This document shows positions 22,153-32,901 of a stretch of DNA of 32,901 bases, in pieces. The translations under genes were made by a program, and so were the position numbers. The notes below the pieces were generated by a model, which saw only the letters and a list, made by a program, of their open reading frames with translations, ran no database searches and had not been told where the DNA came from. The stretch is taken from positions 1-32,901 of the forward strand of contig NW_021832728.1 of the NCBI RefSeq assembly GCF_006345805.1. Reading direction: 5' to 3'. Position 1 is the stretch's first letter; every line of letters starts with the position of its first letter. This stretch comes from Octopus sinensis (lineage: Eukaryota).

Positions 22153-22750
22153 AAAAGATTACAAAAGATTACACTGATTCTACAATTTCAACCTTCTTAA
22201 ATGTCACTGGGTTCTTCGTGTTAAAGATAAGTAAAGAGCAGCTAGCCTCTTGCTAAATATATAAATACATTCTCGAAGGTCAAACGTTGTCAGAAAAGTA
22301 TGTCTGCCAAGTTCACATTATCAGCACCAAGAATCCCAACAGGCCTATAAAGGCCATTGCCAATCATCCCCGTGTGTCGGAGTCAACAATTAGACGTGTG
22401 GTGCGAAAAGATGCCAGGCACAAATCCGATAAAATCCGGGAGAAACCGTGTGATCCAATCGAAGCGCCAACTGAATACATTCAAACACCCAGAGGATTTC
22501 AACGTGAACAGAGGGAATATCATGTTCCAGCCCCATTAAAGTTCTCACTATTATATACAGCAAGTTTTCATTGATTGCGAGAGACTTGTGGATCGTAAGC
22601 AATGAGGATCATGTTATGCCCCCTTACTTTTCCCTGCAATGTCTTTGGGGCGGGTTGGGGGGTGGGTTCAATGCGGCAGCCTACATTGAAACAACGATGA
22701 CAGTTGTCGATCCTTGGATCGAGAGAGTTGCTCGGAGGAGAGCCGTACGT

Positions 22751-23034
22751 TTCTTCTTTCTCGAGCCACGCCTCGCTCATAAAGGGCCGGTTTCCCGGTT
22801 TCCCCACCTGGACGGGATGCCAGTCCATCGCATGTGACCTGCAAGATGCTGGAGGAAAGAGTGAGAGAAAGTTGTGGCGAAAGAGTCAGTAGATGTTCGC
22901 CCATTACCTTCTGCCGGAGCCGCGTGGAGCTCAGGTGTTTCGCTCATAAACACACACATCGCCCGGTCTGAGATTCGAACCTGCGAACCCTTGACCGCGT
23001 GTCCGCTGATCTAACCACTAGGCCATGTGCCGCC
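22751..23034 (-). mobile_element. tRNA-derived SINE with V-domain-like tail
   Basis: Same type as 8720; imperfect TSD containing ccgtacgt on both sides. Confidence 0.85.
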
Positions 23035-23249
23035 ACAGAGACCGTACGTGTTCCAGCAAGACTCTATTCTTTCTTATAGACCCTGTGCGATCCAGGAGTG
23101 AAGGGCTGAAAAATTTCGTCAACTTACCCCTGACATTTGTCCTCCTAGCTCTCATGGACGTTTATGCTTCGGGTGTCACTGAGGGGAAGACTAACAAGCG
23201 TGCCCGTAATACCAAGGACTTGTTGATGCGGATTATTGCGGACATGAAA

Positions 23250-23474
23250 GGCGGCGAGCTGGCAGAAACGTTAGCACACCGGACGAAATGCGTAGCAGTA
23301 TTTCGTCTGCCGTTACGTTCTGATTTCAAATTCCGCCGAGGTCGACTTTGCCTTTCATCCTTTCGGGGTCGATAAGTAAAGTACCAGTTACGCACTGGGG
23401 ATGATGTAATCGACTTAATCCCTTTGTCTGTCTTTGTCCCCTCTATGTTTAGCTCCTTGTAGGCAAAAAATAAA
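23250..23474 (+). mobile_element. Nin/Deu-domain SINE
   Basis: Family match; degenerate TSD tattgcggacatgaa / tattgggggcatgaa. Confidence 0.88.
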
Positions 23475-23685
23475 TGTATTGGGGGCATGAATAAAGGGCA
23501 CCTCATCAATGCATTTAATCGCTTCAGAAGCTGGTCGTATAGAGGCTTTAACTGAAGCTGATAGCAGCTTTATTGAATAATATGTGTAGCTATAAGTAAG
23601 ATTATATATTGGTTTCTCTAAAAAATATTTATATTCGGTCTCTTAAAATTTTGTTCTCAAAAAGCTGATGCACTCTGTGTGTGTG

Positions 23686-23720
<35 letters not shown>

Positions 23721-23722
<2 letters not shown>

Positions 23723-24277
23723 GCCCTGATGCAGTACCGGGCAGTAGCTCTCATGGCTTCTGATCTTAACTGATTGGAATTGTTATCATGTACATTGTTG
23801 TGTCTTGGTATAAAAGATGGGCTACAGCAAATATTCTGCTTAGTACCACAGATTTGTTTGTCAGTTGTTTGACCTTAACCAGTTGAGCATGTCCCTTAGT
23901 GGCTGACGATATGTGCATCTCTGATCACGAGCAGAAGTAGTGGGGGAGCATCATAGCCATGTGTTGAGAGGGATTCTTTGGGGTTTGCATAATTCACCTT
24001 TGGAAACAGGGGTGCTTCGTTCAACATCCTTAAACAACCCTTATTCAGGGACCTTTTGAGCGGGATGGGCTACTCCACCAGAACAAAATTCTAACTGGGC
24101 CCCACCTGCAAGGTCATGTGCTGTTTATCTTGATATGAGATCACCATGTCGCGCACATATGGTTGTGATGCATGTGCCTAGGGTACCCTTTTCAGACGGG
24201 TAGTCATGATGGGTATACTGGGCTTCGTATATTTTACCCCAGTGTCACTTTGTTGGCATGCACTGCTCTCTCATTCA
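23721..24277. mobile_element. ~555-bp non-coding element embedded in (AAT)n
   Basis: GC-richer block with (AAT)n on both sides (23687-23720, 24277-24345) and no recognisable ORF. Confidence 0.55.
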
Positions 24278-24283
24278 ATAATG

Positions 24284-24346
<63 letters not shown>

Positions 24347-24477
24347 GGGAGCATAACTCCAAACTTACAGGGAAAAATTCTATTTAGTATTAAATCAAAT
24401 TTCACAATGATATATTTTATTTTTTTCTATATGATATGGTTTATGTCTATCATTGTTTGAATTACATAATAGTTATT

Positions 24478-24520
<43 letters not shown>

Positions 24521-24560
24521 AGGATGCGTCAGCTTTTTGAGAACAATATATGTGTGTGTG

Positions 24561-24687
<127 letters not shown>

Positions 24688-24981
24688 CATGTATGTATGT
24701 ATGTATTATGTATAAGTAGTATTGTGGAAGAAAGAGTTTTAAATCAATTCTGACATGTTTGTGACATGTTTGACCTATTCAGAGAGGATTTTTATTGCTT
24801 GTTTGCTGTGGAGAAATTTCTCGCTTTAGCTAACAGATGTTAAAACACCTTTCCTATGCTTTATCTTTAACAACCACTTAAGCTACCAATTTCAATAGTC
24901 ATCATCCCCCTCAGTTTACTGAAATACCCAAGGATCTGATTGTGGGGTAATTAATGAAAGTTGAAGCTAGTCTTTAATCAT

Positions 24982-25389
24982 ATTCTTTTGATCTTTAACT
25001 TGTTTCAGTCATTTGACTACGGTCATGCTGGAGCACCGCTTTTAGTCGCACAAATCAACTTCAGGACTTATTCTTTGTACTTATTCTGGTACTTATTATA
25101 TCGGATCCTTTTGCCGAACCGCTCAGTTACGGAGACGTGAACACACTAACATCGGTTATCAAGTGATGGTGGGACACAAATACTGACACAAATACACACA
25201 CACACACATATATATATATATACACACAACGGCCCTTTTTCAGTTTCCGTCAACCAAATCCATTCACAAGGGTTTGGTCGGCCCGAGGCTATAAAAGAAG
25301 ACACTTGTTCAAGGTGCCACACAGTGGGACTGAACCCGGAACCATATGGTTGGGAAGCAAGTTTCTTACTACACAGCCACTCCTGCACC
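24982..25389 (-). mobile_element. tRNA/CORE-type SINE, full length
   Basis: Head ggtgcaggagtggctgtgtagtaag...gggttcagtccc; family match. Confidence 0.88.
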
Positions 25390-25889
25390 TGTATACTCTA
25401 GAATGAAACTTACTATAATGAAAGTTTAATTCAATTTATTTTAGTTATGACTAAATCATCTTTTTAAAACGATTGAAACCAGTAACATATTTTGATAGGA
25501 ATGTAAATACTTCCTCACTTTTATCCGCAATGTGAAACCTCTTAAACATTTATACGTATGTCATGAGAATTTATACGCTTTCGAGAGAATGTGAAATAAT
25601 ATTTTTTGGAATTGGATCTCGAAGCATTCATATAAATCTTGGTTGTAAAAAAATTCTGAAACGCTCAGCCTTCGAGTTTTCTATACAAGAAGGATTTTCA
25701 ACCCAGTATTTGCATACTAATATTTATAGCTTTAATTATGCTTCCTCATCCAGTCTTCCAAAAAGGAATTGTTAAACACACACGCGCCCAATGTGCCACT
25801 CAGAACGTGTAAACACATTATTGTGAAGCAAAATTAAACATATTCACACTCACGCACACCTACATCACACATACACACACACACGCACG

Positions 25890-27310
25890 CACACACTTTT
25901 TGATGGCCAGTTGCATGCAGGTGTCGAGATCCGTGAGGAAAGATACGTGGCTGCAGCAAGGGGCACTGCTGAGAGTATACAATAATTTGTGCGAGACGAA
26001 GCAGTTCCTCAAAAGAAACAATGTTGAGAGAGCATCGATCGCATTCAGTATGCCCGTCACAACCTGAGAGTGGAGCGAATGGCAAGGGTGAGGGGCGGCT
26101 ATGAGGACGTTCTCTTTTGAAGTCACCCGCCCCTGGTGAATTAGTGCATCTGAAATGTACATCTGAGACGGAGGCCACAAAGCCCCCTGCGTCACAGTAA
26201 ATGTTCAAAACCGCCGACTTTGACGAGTTTATCTCAAAACCTATCCTCGCTTGAGCGGGAACCACTGATCAGAAATCGTGGAAGACGCTCTCTACCGGTC
26301 CACATATCGTTGTATCGCTCGGTACCAGACATGGAAAAGAGCCGTGATACTCCGAGTAATACTGCTCATCCTGAGGAGCGAATAGGAGTGGGGGCCTCGT
26401 GGATCACCCTGTTGGACGCAAGTCGTAGATGGTGTAAACTTACCCTAGGTGAAGAGCATACTTGGGGCCTCGTACGACAGGTAAGCCCACTGGTAGGCAG
26501 ACGGTGCAAAGCTGAGAGAGGCTTGGAGCAAGTAGTCATGGCGCAAACAGGTGAAAGCATTTTTCATGTCAAGCTTGACAACGAGGTGCTTGTAATCGCT
26601 CGATGTCAACTCAGAACAATCATTGAAGGACTGCCTAGCGGCATGAGTGGCTCCTTCACACCCTCTGGCTACTCTGATCCTCAGCTCTACATGGCTGAAT
26701 TCCTCACCTAGTTCGACTGCGACAGAACTGCAGAAAACATTGCCCGTTGCGGTGAGGCGGATTCCCCTACCCTTCTTCCCGAGAGCGATGAAGCAGGCTG
26801 AAATATGACTCCTTGTGGATTAGGATCCAGGATGCCTTGAATGAATCTGTTAATGAGAGCTGTAATTGCGCTCTGTATGTGGATCCCGGCATCTGCAGTA
26901 AGGGAGGGCAGCAAGTTTTGGAGGTGGCCGAATCGGACACCGTTCTCACCTCCGTTGCTACTGGCAGGGAAAGATCTCGGATCAGAGATGTCTTTCTCAG
27001 AGGCCACGTATGGCGCCTCAAGGTTGGGTCAATGTATTGGTCTGAGGTCTGCAGGTGGCTCAAGATGTTTGAGTCGAGGGATAGCCAGGACCGCTTCGGT
27101 GGGGAAAGGGGACGGTATCATTGGAGGCGACATCGCCCTCGGTAAGTTTGGTGTCTACTCTGTTGCATTTGAGGCCCTTCGTGCCAGGCTGGTGCAAGAG
27201 AGATGATGTAAACAACTACATCCTGAACAGTTCTTGTCTCTAATTCCATCTGTTGGTGGCGGCACATTTGCTGCAGGTAGCTTCCTGTGGGGTAGGACGT
27301 AGGACTCACT
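25890..27310 (-). mobile_element. Decayed CRE-clade non-LTR retrotransposon (RT region)
   Basis: Across frames: GGENGVRFGHLQNL, GCEGATHAARQ, VVKLDMKNAFTCLRHDYLL, CVQQGDPRGP, AIDALSTLFLLRNCFVSHKLLYTL; these resemble CRE RT motifs (GGCEAAVHA, KLDFKNAFN, GVQQGDPLGP). Confidence 0.8.
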
Positions 27311-27657
27311 ACAGAAACGAAAACTCAACCATCTCTAGCTCCCAGAGAAACTACATGTAGAACATTTTCCCAAATTTATCAGAAAGACTCTTCCGAAAAA
27401 ACAAAAAAAAAAAAAACACGTTATACTATCAATTACTACCTTATTATATATATATATATATATATATATATTGAGCAATAAACAATGGAATTGCAGGAAA
27501 TGAGGCGCTGAAGTTATCTTAATATCCGATTTCACAATGTTCTGGGAAGAGTTTGTACCGTGCATCTAACTCAGCAGGAATGCTTTTATTTACAGCTGCT
27601 CTCTCGTGATCCTACATCCCTTTTTGATCTTCGAACAGTTGATGATTATATTTGTGC

Positions 27658-28045
27658 GGCGAGCTGGCAGAAACGTTAGCACGCCGGGCGAAATGCGTAG
27701 CCGTATTTCGTCTGCCGTTACGTTCTGAGTTCAAATTCCGCCGAGGTCGACTTTGCCTTTCATCCTTTCGGGGTCGAATTAATAAGTAATCGATATAATC
27801 GACTTAATCCGTTTGTCTGTCCTCTCTGTGTTTAGCACCTTGTGGGTAGTAAAGAAATAGGTATTTCGTTTGCCGTTACGTTCTGAGTTCAAATTCCGCC
27901 GAGGTCGACTTTGCCTTTCATTCTTTCGGAATCGATAAATTAAGTACCAGTTACGCATTGGGGTCGATTTAATCGACTTAAACCGTTTGTCTGGCCCTGT
28001 TTGTGCCCTCTATGTTTAGCCCCTTGTGGGTAGTAAAGAAATAGG
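27658..28045 (+). mobile_element. Dimeric Nin/Deu-domain SINE with 12-bp TSD
   Basis: TSD ttatatttgtgc at 27646-27657 and 28046-28057. Confidence 0.93.
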
Positions 28046-28423
28046 TTATATTTGTGCTTCCTATCGAGTATCTTTTAGATAAGAATTACTATAGGATGAT
28101 AGTCATTGGAGGACAACTATGTCAGGGACCTCTGCGTCTAGCTCAGGAGGCAGCTTGACATTATTATTGGCTATTCTCATTAAAAACTGTTATTTAGGCG
28201 ATCCAATAACAATTTGACTAAAGTACAAAAGTGATCTTACACAAGTTTGCAAATACCAGATTCAGAGTGCAATATCCTGGCGGAAAAATAGAATACAGTG
28301 AGGAAGTCAACGATGCCATTGAAGATATAGCGTAGGTATGGTCTTCTTCATAACAATCGTTCTGAAATCAATATTTTATCAACAAAACTATCAAGTCAAA
28401 CATCCTACAACCTCTCAAAATAT

Positions 28424-28656
28424 ATTTCTTTACTACCCACAAGGGGCTAAACATAGAGGGGACAAACAAGGACAAACAAAGGGATTAAATCGATTACATC
28501 GACCCCAGTGCGTAACTGGTACTTTATTTATCGACCCCGAAAGGATGAAAGGTAAAGTCGACCTCGGTGGAATTTGAACTCAGAACGTAACGATAGACGA
28601 AATACCGCTAAGCATTTCGCCCGGTGTGCTAACATTTCTGCCAGCTCGCCGCCCTA
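28424..28656 (-). mobile_element. Monomeric Nin/Deu-domain SINE with 15-bp TSD
   Basis: TSD aacctctcaaaatat at 28409-28423 and 28657-28671. Confidence 0.93.
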
Positions 28657-30145
28657 AACCTCTCAAAATATGTTAGTGAAAACGAAACCACGAAATCGAA
28701 TTGCTGCCTACAATGCAATATGCGAAAAATCTTGTTTTTTAATCAAAGGAAAGGACTTTCTTCCTGATGCTTCTGCAGGAACCAACAAAATATTTGTCAA
28801 AATGATGTTACATGCCAAAGTGAGATCCTCACTCCCAAATAATAATACATCGCTTTAGCTGGTGCTTCTTCGGGTATTTCTACTACATCACTTTCTAGAG
28901 GAAAAAGAGCCAACTCCACTTTCAAATTGCCCTTGAATTTAGCTAACAATGATATACCAGTTTGTGAAATAAGCAAAACATCTGGGATGGAACAAGTGAG
29001 GTGTCAGCTTGGAATGAGTGCAGGATGGAAAGTAAATTATTTTTGTAAACTTTGAATCGAAGGTTGCAAAATTTAAGAAATTCCGAAATGTACTATTAGG
29101 AGACTTTCGTCAGATTTTGCCTGTAATTCCAAAGGGTACTGAAGCAGAAGAGTTAATAGCTTGATTGAAGTCATCTTGAGGAGACACGGAGACACCTAAA
29201 AGATAACCCTAAGAAAATGAGAGTCGGTTTTTGCTCTATGATTTTTAAGGACTTGAAGAGGATAGGATGCTCCTAGATAAAATTCTCTAGATACAACGCT
29301 AATTATTTCAATTCGTTTCATCACTCGATGTAAGAGTATTTATAAATTTTCAGGAACACCAACAAAACCGTAAGTACTTACGTGAAAGAGCAATGCTTGC
29401 ACCAAAAAATATCACTATCAACAACATAAACCATAATCCAGTGGATCGCAGTTCAGAAACTACAGTCTTACGTACCTATAGATTCAGTTCGTAATCCTGC
29501 AGAGGCAGTCAACTGTCCTGTTCTTTGGAACCTCCTAGGCGTCCATCAGATGATGGACTTCTGTAAAATGTAAGAGCTAATCGCCGCAGATCCTGTGTAA
29601 TAGCAACAGATCGCCGGTTAAAAAAACATAATGCCTTGTGTTATTCAGGCTGCTGTTTTGAGTGGTTGTTCTATAAGAGAAGATACGTTTATACCTACAC
29701 TACCCTTGATACTAATTAACACAAACTAGCTTTTATACCTACGATAGCATTGATACCGACTAGCACAGAACTAGCTTTTGTATTCAAAAGACTACATTAT
29801 CCAGTAAAACTAGTCTTTGCCGCGTCTATAAATAAATCGCAACTTTTGCCGTGTCTATAGATAAATCACAACTCGGAGAACATCGTTTCTTTCATAGGCA
29901 ATGCACTAGAGTTGATAGTACACGTTATCTTTTTATTCATAGACATTTTAGGAAAGCACGTAATATTGTTTATAAGGCAGTTCAGAATTCACACTAAACA
30001 ATCAACCAGAGCATAAATTTACGCAATAAAGAAGTCACATGACGCCGAAAACTAGGAAGACAACAAATGAAATGTATTCAGCTGGAAAAAACTGTTTTCG
30101 CTCGAGTAACACCATATAACTCTGATATACACACACACACACACA

Positions 30146-30214
<69 letters not shown>

Positions 30215-30219
<5 letters not shown>

Positions 30220-30480
30220 GATTTGTGTCTGTCTGTGTGTTTGTAATGTTAAAACTTGAGATCCACCCAGCAGATTTTTATGAAATTTTACACATGCATT
30301 ACATAGGGCCCATAGAGTGTTATGGGCCCCACAAAATTTCAACTTCTTGCCTAATGCGGGCCCAGGGACAGAAAAACCGCATTTTAAAAGCATTTTTGCA
30401 ACGGTAAGGCTTGAAGAGTATCCAGTCATTTTCCTCCAAATTTGCAACAAACATTAATCAGGCTCCTCTAATTGCTGTTG
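30215..30480 (+). mobile_element. Probable 5' part of a non-autonomous Helitron/HINE-like element
   Basis: tgtgtctgtctgtgtg...cagattttttatgaaattttacac layout; 3' end not located. Confidence 0.4.
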
Positions 30481-30997
30481 GCTAAAACAAATTTACGACG
30501 CGCCGACTATGCCTCCCCACCCTCCAAATGCAGTTTAATCAAATTCGAGTATACTGCACTGGGTTTTATCTTTGTTTGAGGTCATTTTCCGACGAATAAA
30601 TATTGACACTGTTTTATGCATTATAAAGTAGCTTATAATATTTCGTGAAAACCTTTTTGTCCAATTTGGCAGAGAAAATGAGAAGAACATTAAAATGTTT
30701 GTCGGCGCCATGTTGATTCTTCATGTTACCATCCTGCGCACCACCGGGACATGTGCGCATGTGCGCGGCTGGGTAAAAGCACAACAAACCCATTCATCCA
30801 TTCTCCTGAATGGTCTGGCAGTACTTCTTCTTTCTATGTCATCTATGTCTGACCTATATAATGCAAAATGTTCATACATAAAAACAAACAAACTGCTGTT
30901 GTGACTCACAGCCATTTGAGTTTGACTGCGTGACCACTTCCGGAAGCTACGCTCGCCACCTGCAATTACAAAGGGTTGTATCTTTGTTAGAAACCAG

Positions 30998-31046
30998 CTT
31001 CTTCTTCTTCTTCTTCTTCTTCTTCTTCTTCTTCTTCTTCTTCTTC
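30998..31046. repeat. (CTT)n microsatellite
   Basis: Direct reading. Confidence 0.95.
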
Positions 31047-31317
31047 AGAGATCTGCATCGAGGAGAAAGCCAAAATTCTTAAGGACTCTACTAAACCTAG
31101 CGCGTTAAATAGTCGTAAAGAAGTGTTTTCTGAATGTGTCCCTCTGTGTTCCCCCCTGTGTTCCCTCCTCTGTTTAGTCAGTCGAGTAAATAGAGGATGT
31201 CCTAGAATTAATGATTTGAGTGAAATCGGATGCATTTTTTAAAAAACTCACTTTTATTTATGTTTACCATGTTTAATATGTGTTAAAAGTGTATAAATTT
31301 TGAATTTCGTTTATAAT

Positions 31318-31717
31318 TTTATTCTTTTTACTCTTTTACTTGTTTCAGTCATTTGACTGCGGCCATGCTGGAGCACCGCTTTTAGTCGAGCAAATTGACC
31401 CCGGGACTTATTATTTGTAAGCCCAGTACTTATTCTATCGGTCTCTTTTGCCGAACCGCTAGGTGACGGGGACGTAAACACACCAGCATCGGTTGTCAAG
31501 CAATGCTAGGGGGACAAACACAGACACACAAACACACACACACATACATATATAAATATATATACATATATACGACAGGCTTCTTTCAGTTTCCGTCTAC
31601 CAAATCCACTCACAAGGCATTGGTCGGCCCGGGGCTATAGCAGAAGACACTTGCCCAAGATGCCACGCAGTGGGACTGAACCCGGAACCATGTGGTTGGT
31701 TAGCAAGCTACTTACCA
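31318..31717 (-). mobile_element. tRNA/CORE-type SINE lacking the extreme 5' end
   Basis: Family match; a diverged tail fragment follows at ~31735-31850. Confidence 0.88.
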
Positions 31718-31929
31718 TGTCCATGACAGCTTTTTTTTCAGTTTGGCCGAAATCATTTTCTTTAGCAAAGGTAGTACTCCATGCTGGAGTACCACCTTTG
31801 GTCGGGCAAGTCGACCCCGGGACTTGTTCTTTGTGGGCCTAGTACTTATTCTAATCTACTTGTGGTGCATCTGAGCACTGTATACAATAATTTCATTATA
31901 TCATTATATTTACCTTCATCACTACGATG

Positions 31930-32075
31930 GAGCAATCGTTTACCTGAGCTTAAAGAACGTATTCAGTTAGCAGTGCAGAAGCTAATTCCTGAAATGCTTC
32001 AAAGTGTGTTTCACAACGCTAAGGAAAGATTTGAAGTATGCAGGGATACAGACATGTTGAAAAAATTAAATAAGT
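31930..32075 (+). mobile_element. Tc1/mariner-type transposase C-terminal remnant
   Basis: LPELKERIQLAVQKLIPEMLQSVFHNAKERFEVCRDT resembles the L.ELK.RI...EML..V...R...C terminus of these transposases. Confidence 0.55.
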
Positions 32076-32090
32076 TATATATATATATAT

Positions 32091-32121
<31 letters not shown>

Positions 32122-32149
32122 TACATATATACATATATATATATATATT

Positions 32150-32901
32150 GTGCCTCTGGGATTGCAATCCCTCCGGGTCCAGTGTATTCATTGGGTATTG
32201 CATTCAGTTTTGCATGCTGATAGTATAAAGCTTGAAACTTTCCAGCATTGAACAGCATGCTATTCTTTTCAGCCCACTTGTATATTTCGTCCAGCTCACA
32301 TTGCAGGTGTTTAGTGTCCTCAGGGTTCTGTATTGCCTGTGAAACTTTTGTATCATCTGCATAACTTGTGATCGTGGCTCTCTGCGTGGCTGAGGGCATG
32401 TCTGAGAGGGCCATTATGAACAGTAGTGGTCCCAGAACAGTGCCCTGCGGAACACCGCTCACTATTTGTGTGTTAATGGAGGTGGCCCCCATTGGCTACT
32501 ACCACCTGACTTCTATCCTTCAGAAAGTCATGAAGCCATTCTCCCAGTTTTCCAACTATGTTGAGATCACGCAGTTTGTGACATATCATTCCATGATCGA
32601 CTTTATCAAAGGCCTTTGCAAAGTCGAGATATATCACTTCCACATTTGAGTGGTTGAGCAGCCGTTTCAGCACCCAGTCATAGTGTTGTAGGAGCTGAGT
32701 TAAACAGCTTCTCCCTGGTCGGAAACCATGTTGGGTGTCGGGCAACAAGTCATTCTCTTCAAGGAAGGTGATCAGCTTCCTTCTGACTATTCGTTCCATG
32801 ACCTTGCTGATGTGTGAGGTCAGAGAGATAGGTCTATAGTTCTTGGCTTCCGCTCTGCTACCTCCTTTATGAATGGGGCATATTTTACCTTCCTTCAGTT
32901 T
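32150..32901 (-). mobile_element. CR1-clade LINE reverse transcriptase fragment, running off the window end
   Basis: PIHKGG...NYRPISLTSHISKVMERIV, QHGFRPGRSCLTQL, YLDFAKAFDKVDH, frameshift ~32490, SGVPQGTVLGPLLF, YADDTK; broken by (TA)n at ~32148. Confidence 0.95.

Larger units (their letters stand above)
22165..23680 (+). mobile_element. Decayed Tc1/mariner-superfamily (maT/DD37D-like) transposon interrupted by two SINEs
   Basis: HTH-like PIKAIANHPRVSESTIRRVV; IVSNEDHVMPPYF; NAAAYIE...PWIERVA; RPYVFQQDS; TNKRARNTKDLL; ends ...EADSSFIE* at 23580. Confidence 0.8.
27490..30055 (+). mobile_element. Decayed autonomous Helitron, PIF1-like helicase region
   Basis: VLGRVCTVHLTQQECFYLQLL; degenerate Walker A DASAGTNK; FKLPLNL; LGDFRQILPVIPKG; YLRERAMLAPKN; FKRLHYPVKLVFAASINKSQ; possible CTAG end at 30052-30055. 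Confidence 0.85.

Overview
Eukaryotic, AT- and microsatellite-rich, non-genic DNA made almost entirely of nested transposon remnants. The repeat families look like those of octopus/cephalopod genomes (recognition, not a database result). No intact host gene, true tRNA/rRNA or CRISPR array is supported. Contents: about 15 tRNA-derived SINE copies of four types, decayed CR1 (x2), Penelope, Tx1/L1 and CRE-like retrotransposons, mariner/Tc1-type remnants, a Helitron helicase remnant and non-autonomous Helitrons. Two signals stand out. (1) Two related Tx1-like elements sit in tandem at the same ~15-bp site in the tRNA-like head of a SINE, with three copies of the target, suggesting a SINE-targeting site-specific retrotransposon (15123-20335). 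(2) Several short elements bounded by microsatellites carry type I hammerhead ribozyme motifs with palindromic stem III and/or fold-back inverted repeats, consistent with Penelope-derived or retrozyme-like elements. All coordinates were read by eye; boundaries of decayed elements are approximate.
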